Of a stretch of 46,780 bases of DNA, positions 45,301 through 46,780 are shown piece after piece. The position numbers and the translations under genes were made by a program. Position 1 is the stretch's first letter; each line of letters opens with the position of its first letter. Origin of the DNA: a virus (Duplodnaviria; Caudoviricetes); IMG/VR virus record IMGVR_UViG_3300037851_000296, positions 1 to 46,780 of that record; one strand, 5' to 3'. The notes beneath the pieces are model-generated. The model had not been told where the DNA came from. It was given only the letters and a program-made list of their open reading frames with translations, and made no database searches.

Positions 45301-46780
45301 CTCCGTACTTCGGGTTCATATCCCCACCCGTGTTCAAGCTGTTCCAGGTGGTAACGAGGTCAGAATCCGTCGCACGCAGAACTTCGTTCAGGTGAGCATC
45401 GACGTTCCTCATATCGTCGATGACCAGACCTATACGGGCAGGACGGTAGGTACTGGAAGGCCCATAGAACGGCGTGCTGAAGGTCTCAGCGTTCCGTGGC
45501 TGACCGTTTCCGTGAGCGTTGTCAAGTAGCTGTTGGAAGAACTCTACGATAGGTGTGTCGTTCAGATTGCTAGGTCGTGGTATCTCACCAGGACCCTTCG
45601 CCTCAGGGAAAGTCGTGGTGTATGGGGTAACAGGAGGAGGCATCGCTCCCCCGTTAGGGGCAGGTATAAGAGGTGGCAGGTCAGGGGTAAGCATGTCCTC
45701 AGGGAATGAGGGTAGACCACCTTCTGCGTTGAGGAATGCCATCGCTTCGTCACGAGTAGCGAAGGTGCCTGTGACGTACCCTGCTTCATCTGTCACCGCA
45801 TACGGTTCTTCGGTGCGGAACCTCTCACGCACCTCCATCGGAATCTCAGGGATAGTTTCAGGAAGAACCTCAGGTGGGGGTATGGTAGACTTCGCAGGCT
45901 TCGCTTTCTTCGGCGGAACCTTCTTCGCCACCTGTTTGACTTCTGGTGTAGGTTTCGCTTTCGTAAGTTCCATCGGAGCGCTTATAGGGTTCCCCCTACG
46001 GTCTATCCCATGCTTCTCAAGTTCGGCATCAATCATTCGTCTCATGGTACTCGTGTCTATATCCATACCTTTAGCACGCAAGATATTCGCTTTCGCATTC
46101 GCTGCCCACACAGCCGTAGAGACCTTGGGATGCGATAGGTCTAGTCCCTTAGGAGCAACCTTGGTACCAGAAGCCTGTTCTGCTTCGTCTGCTGCGGCTG
46201 CCATCTTCGCTGCGAAATCCGTTTGTGCTGCTTGCTCCTCTGCTTCGGTAAGCCTGCTTCGTTCCTGAACATCAATCTTAGGCTTCGATTGAGGCTGAGT
46301 TCGAGGAGGTTTAGTGGTCTTAGGAGTTTCGGGAAGCTTGATACCGAGAGCTGCGGCTTGGGCAGCTAGGGCTGAAGTGTCGATATGCTCGACCACTTGC
46401 CAGTTCTCATCATGGGCAAGCTCAGGTCCGTTTCCATAATCGACCCAGGTACCTTCTTCGGTAGTCCTTAGGTATCTCGCTCTGAGATTATCGTCGGGCC
46501 ATTCTATACGGGTCCCTCGACGGATACCTGCACCACCCTTCAGGTCTACAGCCAAGGGGTTGGGGAACAGCCCTCCCGTAGGGGTTTCCCTCCACATAGG
46601 AACTTTGGTTCCTGGCTGAACGTTCTCTAGACCAGCTAGGATATCTGGGTAGTCTATAGCTGTGGTGGGAATCTCCTTCCCTGCACGGCTCGTGTAGGAC
46701 GGAGGGGTGAGCATCCCTGGTCCTATGTCTTCACCCACCCGTGCAGCTTCGATATAGGACGGGGCTCTGCCATCCCAGCT
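42356..46780 (-). CDS. C-terminal part of the giant internal virion/ejection protein (polyvalent-type), containing a RelA/SpoT-like motif
   Basis: 1460-aa ORF in frame with 1-1540; position after the tail/ejection genes; mostly helical character; motif PKYGAYRSF...IELQFYT. Confidence 0.75.
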   Translation of the reverse strand, partial: SWDGRAPSYIEAARVGEDIGPGMLTPPSYTSRAGKEIPTTAIDYPDILAGLENVQPGTKVPMWRETPTGGLFPNPLAVDLKGGAGIRRGTRIEWPDDNLRARYLRTTEEGTWVDYGNGPELAHDENWQVVEHIDTSALAAQAAALGIKLPETPKTTKPPRTQPQSKPKIDVQERSRLTEAEEQAAQTDFAAKMAAAADEAEQASGTKVAPKGLDLSHPKVSTAVWAANAKANILRAKGMDIDTSTMRRMIDAELEKHGIDRRGNPISAPMELTKAKPTPEVKQVAKKVPPKKAKPAKSTIPPPEVLPETIPEIPMEVRERFRTEEPYAVTDEAGYVTGTFATRDEAMAFLNAEGGLPSFPEDMLTPDLPPLIPAPNGGAMPPPVTPYTTTFPEAKGPGEIPRPSNLNDTPIVEFFQQLLDNAHGNGQPRNAETFSTPFYGPSSTYRPARIGLVIDDMRNVDAHLNEVLRATDSDLVTTWNSLNTGGDMNPKYGAYRSFNAWVRTKDGRIIELQFYTPDMEIAQKAVGKTWTTIHQLRDKSDAEYAIAEQIRQEAAASKNGLPTKAQQIEIRRHLEEKERIDTEILAQQRLAAGFNEGIVRHLANPDGYEPIYKAADKVKAIWYLEQMEPEFRHLDPMLFGAAEMLDRAFLPRKVELYWKYRKSLYDSMRDYQNILIQSGLSPEDAIPGLTKIVAENIRELLRRSNHIDLSDIDNTEFAGGIEAWVERTFTDVSKPKDGNYARAFSDKLDEVMHPAIEDGRKLNKEVALWQDVFNYRWTDLDNEFPTSVLPGYYPHINPSKSSPGGYLGRMHNLKALNYGEPDALRRSKGLLAETGNYIHPKFLDSVEDYRKIPAFKNASDDIIEAQRIQDAHKMVSDVYSLRATQLTRHRQVLDFIDEIKGLSRPVPPGELPLWETGKMPGYSLINFDGLKKQVKLRERLTDKIFEDGIASSKLANTDDWDTIIIDNLEKVLDEAMNETMDTMLKNARTGDQFWAVPDRLVSDFNRNISRAMSWKVRFYYDAPMNVWKSMVLAFSPRWLVNNTFGNIIFSLIKDPAAITELVRRKDAQYRKTLEYVFEGQLPEGVERGLFASATQRVTNYGFGEVVAPKTANVYKTLRGQPSELALRVPEKYQPLMSIYSRLARGTGRTSTRMRDINTAIEDAFRASVFTSSVRRQITGQSLGGFSRDMQMLEKLQTLGPESIRPSVIQNGIADLNSTLGDYANLTSLERNVVRRFILPFYPFYRHSVKFLLRLPIDHPYKAATLLMLGRLDAEMTKDFPEYLLGTVGIGTWSDQMIGLRTKNLNPLNMLGAGQSLTQGLSPLMQSAVAMGWGVNTLTGEPLTDRDVMEDFAGNKVRVIRGPDGEITGITQLPKGYKVSPGAFKLMQNMFPQVNVLTGLAAAVGGEDIGARYSGSGEVIIDPETGKPKYPQPWWKDPLGYVGLPTVAYDPQELFLDQQQQKEAVLDSWRNRYAQ
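46585..46780. repeat. Terminal direct repeat, copy 2
   Basis: Matches 1-196 with one mismatch. Confidence 0.95.

Larger units (their letters stand above)
1..46780. mobile_element. Complete tailed bacteriophage genome (podovirus-like organisation), circularly permuted assembly
   Basis: Terminase, portal, scaffold, capsid, tail, lysis and replication genes are all present; there is a terminal direct overlap and no host housekeeping genes. Confidence 0.95.

Noticed and set aside
566-46268. Numerous antisense or alternative-frame ORFs in the track (for example 1062-1571, 23516-24103, 35771-36568, 45519-46268)
   Set aside because: They are shadows of well-supported genes on the opposite strand or in another frame, with no motifs or RBS
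1-46780. Stop-codon reassignment (alternative genetic code)
   Set aside because: Genes are long and tightly packed under the standard code, and TAG, TGA and TAA all end real genes

Overview
This window is a near-certainly complete, circularly permuted tailed-phage genome of about 46,584 bp, with a 196-bp terminal overlap (1-196 = 46585-46780, one mismatch). The minus-strand late arm runs terS, terL, P22-like portal, scaffold, major capsid, decoration proteins, a 1605-aa fibre with a GH74/BNR-like propeller, adaptor, nozzle, ejection proteins (one ~1922-aa gene spans the contig junction) and a lysis cassette. This layout is podovirus-like, and no tape measure or sheath gene is visible. The plus-strand arm encodes a PD-(D/E)XK nuclease, DnaB-like helicase, EndoVII, split primase, secreted lytic transglycosylase, HAD nucleotidase, DUF5664-like protein, glycosyltransferase, tRNA-Ile(UAU) and a methyltransferase. 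The central region (22.7-31.3 kb) holds sigmaA-type promoters, a MoxR AAA-VWA/metallopeptidase-SprT-like operon and several structured non-coding stretches. No DNA polymerase, integrase, reverse transcriptase or CRISPR array was recognised. Leaderless genes and the split-primase/EndoVII/DnaB set suggest, but do not prove, an actinobacterial-type host. The strongest leads are: (1) near-total GATC avoidance that shifts Ile codons to AUA, together with a rare tRNA-Ile(UAU); (2) three candidate structured ncRNAs, each starting at its own promoter (a hairpin array, a pseudoknotted ~250-nt RNA, and a switch-like leader upstream of the replication operon); (3) a RelA/SpoT-synthetase-like motif inside the giant ejection protein. 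All family calls come from motif recognition by eye, not from database searches.
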